A DNA stretch of 10,982 bases from Octopus sinensis (taxonomy: Eukaryota): positions 1 through 10,982 of the forward strand of contig NW_021827124.1 in NCBI RefSeq assembly GCF_006345805.1, written 5' to 3'. Position 1 is the stretch's first letter; each line of letters starts with the position of its first letter. The notes under the pieces are model-generated. The model did not search any database. It was not told the origin of the DNA and worked only from the letters and a program-made list of their open reading frames with translations. Below, one piece after another: positions 8,243 to 10,982 of this stretch. The position numbers and the translations under genes are program-made.

Positions 8243-8640
8243 GGCGCAGGAGTGGCTGTGTGGTAAGTAGCTTGTCTACCAACCACATGGTTCCGGGTTC
8301 AGTCCCACTGCGTGGCACCTTGGGCAAGTGTCTTCTGCTATAGCCTCGGGCCGACCAAAGCCTTGTGAGTGAATTTGGTAGACGGAAACTGAAAGAAGCC
8401 CGTCATATATATGTGTGTGTGTGTGGGTATGTGTGTCTGTGTTTGTCCCCCTAGCATTTGCTTGACAACCGATGGTGGCGTGTTTATGACCCCGTTACTT
8501 AGCGGTTCGGCAAAAGAGACCGATAGATTAAGTACTGGGCTTACAAATAATAAGTCCCGGGGTCGAGTTGCTCGACTAAAGGCGGTGCTCCAGCATGGCC
8601 GCAGTCAAATGACTGAAACAAGTAAAAGAATAAAAGAATA
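8243..8640 (+). mobile_element. Full-length tRNA-derived SINE family A
   Basis: A box tggctgtgtgg, B box ggttcagtccc, CORE-like ccttgggcaagt, central (AT)/(GT) microsatellite, (taaaaga)n-type tail. Confidence 0.9.
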
Positions 8641-8724
8641 TAATACAGTTAATTTGAGGAAGTTAATTCTTCATTAGAGATTATATAATCCAAGATAATC
8701 CACTGGTTTAATCCGTATCATTTA

Positions 8725-9415
8725 TACTCTACTCTTTTACTCTTTTACTTGTTTCAGTCTTGTGACTGTGGCCATGCTGGAGCACCGCCTTTAGTCGAGC
8801 GAATCGACACCAGGACTTATTCTTTGCAAGCCTAGTACTTATTCTATCGGTCTCTTTTGCCGAACCCCTAAGTAACGGAGGCGTAAATATACCAGCATTG
8901 GTTGTCAAGCGATGTTGAGGGGACAAACACACACATATATACATATATATGTATATATATATAATATATATATACCTTATTTACTGTGTTAACCCCGACT
9001 CAACCCGGACCTACATATATATATATATATATATATATAGTAAGTGGGCGGGTGGCACGTAAAAAGCACCCCCTACACTCACGGAGTGGGTTGGCGTTAG
9101 GAAGGCATCCAGCCGTAGAAACACTGCCAGATTTGACTGGGCCTGATGAAGCCTTCTGGCTTCACAGACCCCAGTAGAACCGTCCAACCCATGCTAGCAT
9201 GGAAAACGGACGCTAAATGATGATGATGATGATGATATATATGTATATATATAATGACAGGCTTCTATCAGTTTCCGTCTACCAAATCCACTCACAAGAC
9301 TTTGGTCAGCCCGAGGCTATAGTAGAAGATACTTGCCCAAGGTGCCACACAGTGGTACTGAACCTAGAACTGTGTTGTTGGTAAGCAAGCTACTTACCAC
9401 ACAGCCACTCCTGCG

Positions 9416-9417
<2 letters not shown>
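8725..9417 (-). mobile_element. SINE family A (3' half 8725-8935, 5' half 9256-9417) with an RTE tail inserted in its central microsatellite
   Basis: Both halves are reverse complements of the corresponding parts of 8243-8640. Confidence 0.85.
9050..9236 (+). mobile_element. RTE LINE extreme 3' end with (GAT)n tail
   Basis: Matches the reverse complement of ~2769-2953. Confidence 0.9.
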
Positions 9418-9454
<37 letters not shown>

Positions 9455-9486
9455 TATATATATACACATACATTATACATATATAC

Positions 9487-9646
9487 GACGGGCTTCTTTC
9501 ATTTCCGTCTACCAAATCCACTCACAAGACTTTGGTCGGCCCAAGGCTATAATAGAAGACACTTTCCCAAGGTGCCACGCAGTGGGACTGAACCCGGAAC
9601 CATGTGGTTGATAAGCAAGCTACTTACCACACAGCCACTCCTGCGC
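9487..9646 (-). mobile_element. Additional SINE family A 5' half
   Basis: Similar to 9256-9417, arranged in tandem. Confidence 0.9.
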
Positions 9647-9772
9647 GTATATATATATATATATATGTTCGTGTCGTGAAATGTAAATTAAAAGGGACCC
9701 CACTTGATCGGGAAGAAAAAGTTGAAGGCTCAATAATACTATAAAAAGAGATAAAATTCCCGCAAAAGTTCA

Positions 9773-9809
9773 ATTTGAAAACTCCACTTGAGTGGACGAA
9801 AGCGCTAAT
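9773..9809 (+). ncRNA. Degenerate minimal hammerhead-like motif (U3-A8 core)
   Basis: UUGAAAA 9775-9781, stem II tccac-ttga-gtgga closed by a C.C mismatch, GAAA 9798-9801, palindromic GCGC, UA; stem I is only ~2 bp. Confidence 0.35.
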
Positions 9810-9900
9810 ACATGATATATGATTTCTAAAAGCATGTAACGTACTAATAAATATCTGTAAATATAAAACCATCCAGATTTCTGAGTACCTCATTTCTTCT

Positions 9901-10500
9901 AATAATAATAATAATATATCTCTATCTATCCGCTCAGTTGAAGTCGACGCTCAGTCACTCGATGGATCAGTGTCCTCCAGTCAATTCTATCCTGGGCCGC
10001 TTCTTTCAGACTGGCTATGTCCATTCCGGTATCACTCTTGATGGTGTCAAGCCAGCTGGGTTCTTGGTCGGCCTCTTCCTCTCTTGCCACTGACCATTCT
10101 GAGCATGATGTCCTTCTCCAGGGATTTTCTCCTCATAATATGACCGAAATATGCCAATCTATGCTTGGTGATCCTAGCTTCTAGCGACATTTTCGGCCTG
10201 ATCTGCTTAAGAACTTCTCCATTGGTTGGCCTCTTCCTCTCTTGCCACTGACCATTCCGAGCATGATGTCCTTCTCCAGGGATTTTCTCAGCATAATATG
10301 ACCAAAATATGCCAATCTATGCATGGTGATCCCAGCTTCTAGCGACATTTTCGGCCTTATCTGCTTAAGAACTTCTCCATTGGTGAGCCTTGCTGTCCAT
10401 GGAATCCGTAAAAGTCTTCTCCAACACCAAAGCTCGAATGCATTAATTCTCTTCTGGTCAGCTTTCTTTAGTGTCCAGGTTTTGCATCCATACACTAGCA
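9901..10500 (-). mobile_element. 5'-truncated RTE-BovB-like LINE with a 158-bp internal tandem duplication
   Basis: YGCKTWTLKKADQKRINAFELWCWRRLLRIPWTAR...LAYFGHIM..SLEKDIMLG.VSGKRGRG...WLDTI...RVTERRLQLSG*, stop at 9926-9928; simple-repeat tail. Confidence 0.92.
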
Positions 10501-10513
10501 AAAACAAAAACTT

Positions 10514-10930
10514 ATACTCTTTTACTTGTTTCAGTCATGTGACTGTGGCCATGCTGGAGCACCGCCTTTAGTTGAGCAAATCGACCCCAGGACTAATTTT
10601 TTGTAAGCCTAGTACTTATTCTATCAGTCCCTTTTTGCCTAACCACTAAGTTATGGGGTCTGGGAAGCCAGAAGCCTGCACCATGCTCCAGTCTGATCTG
10701 GCAGTGTTTCTACGGCTGGATGCCCTTCCTAACGCGTAAGCCCAGTACTTATTCTATCGGTCTCTTTTGCCGAACCGCTAAGTAACGAGGACATAAACAC
10801 ACCAGCATTGGTTGTCAAGCGATGCTAGGGGACAAACACAGACACACAAACACACACACGCATATATATATATATACATATATATACAACGGGCTTCTTT
10901 CAGTTTCCGTCTACCCAATCCACTCACAAG
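10514..10930 (-). mobile_element. SINE family A, 5'-truncated, chimeric with an RTE 3' UTR fragment (~10655-10735)
   Basis: Family A tail from 10514; the insert ggggtctgggaagccagaag...ttcctaacgc matches 2834-2913; family A resumes with a duplicated segment. Confidence 0.85.
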
Positions 10931-10982
10931 TGCGGACACCGACACACAAACATATCACACACATACATACATATATATATTT

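Noticed and set aside
9143-9165. CTGATGA plus agcc/ggct stem as a hammerhead
   Set aside because: No GAAA follows, and the motif is not conserved in the other RTE copies

Overview
Eukaryotic, repeat-dense genomic DNA. The repeat types (tRNA-derived SINEs, RTE/CR1 LINE 3' ends, long AT/AC/CT microsatellites) suggest an octopus or other cephalopod, which is an inference. Bases 190-3580 are a nested stack of dead mobile elements: a minus-strand Tc1/mariner-superfamily transposase split by two TSD-flanked SINEs (one itself interrupted), two CR1 3' ends and an RTE LINE. A CT-rich tract (3811-4120) precedes a CpG-rich, low-complexity putative first coding exon (ATG 4253, GTAAGT donor 5299). Its 3' end reads KIPEYILELFEY...TTETVRP, resembling a TGF-beta/BMP prodomain, but in a different frame from the ATG, so there is an apparent +1 frameshift. 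The rest looks like intron: a ~130-bp tandem array, microsatellites, many copies of one SINE family (forming a ~1.75-kb quasi-palindrome), a 79-nt near-perfect hairpin, a BovB-like RTE fragment, and two Penelope-type minimal hammerhead-ribozyme-like motifs with non-canonical cores. Most ORFs in the track are spurious repeat translations.
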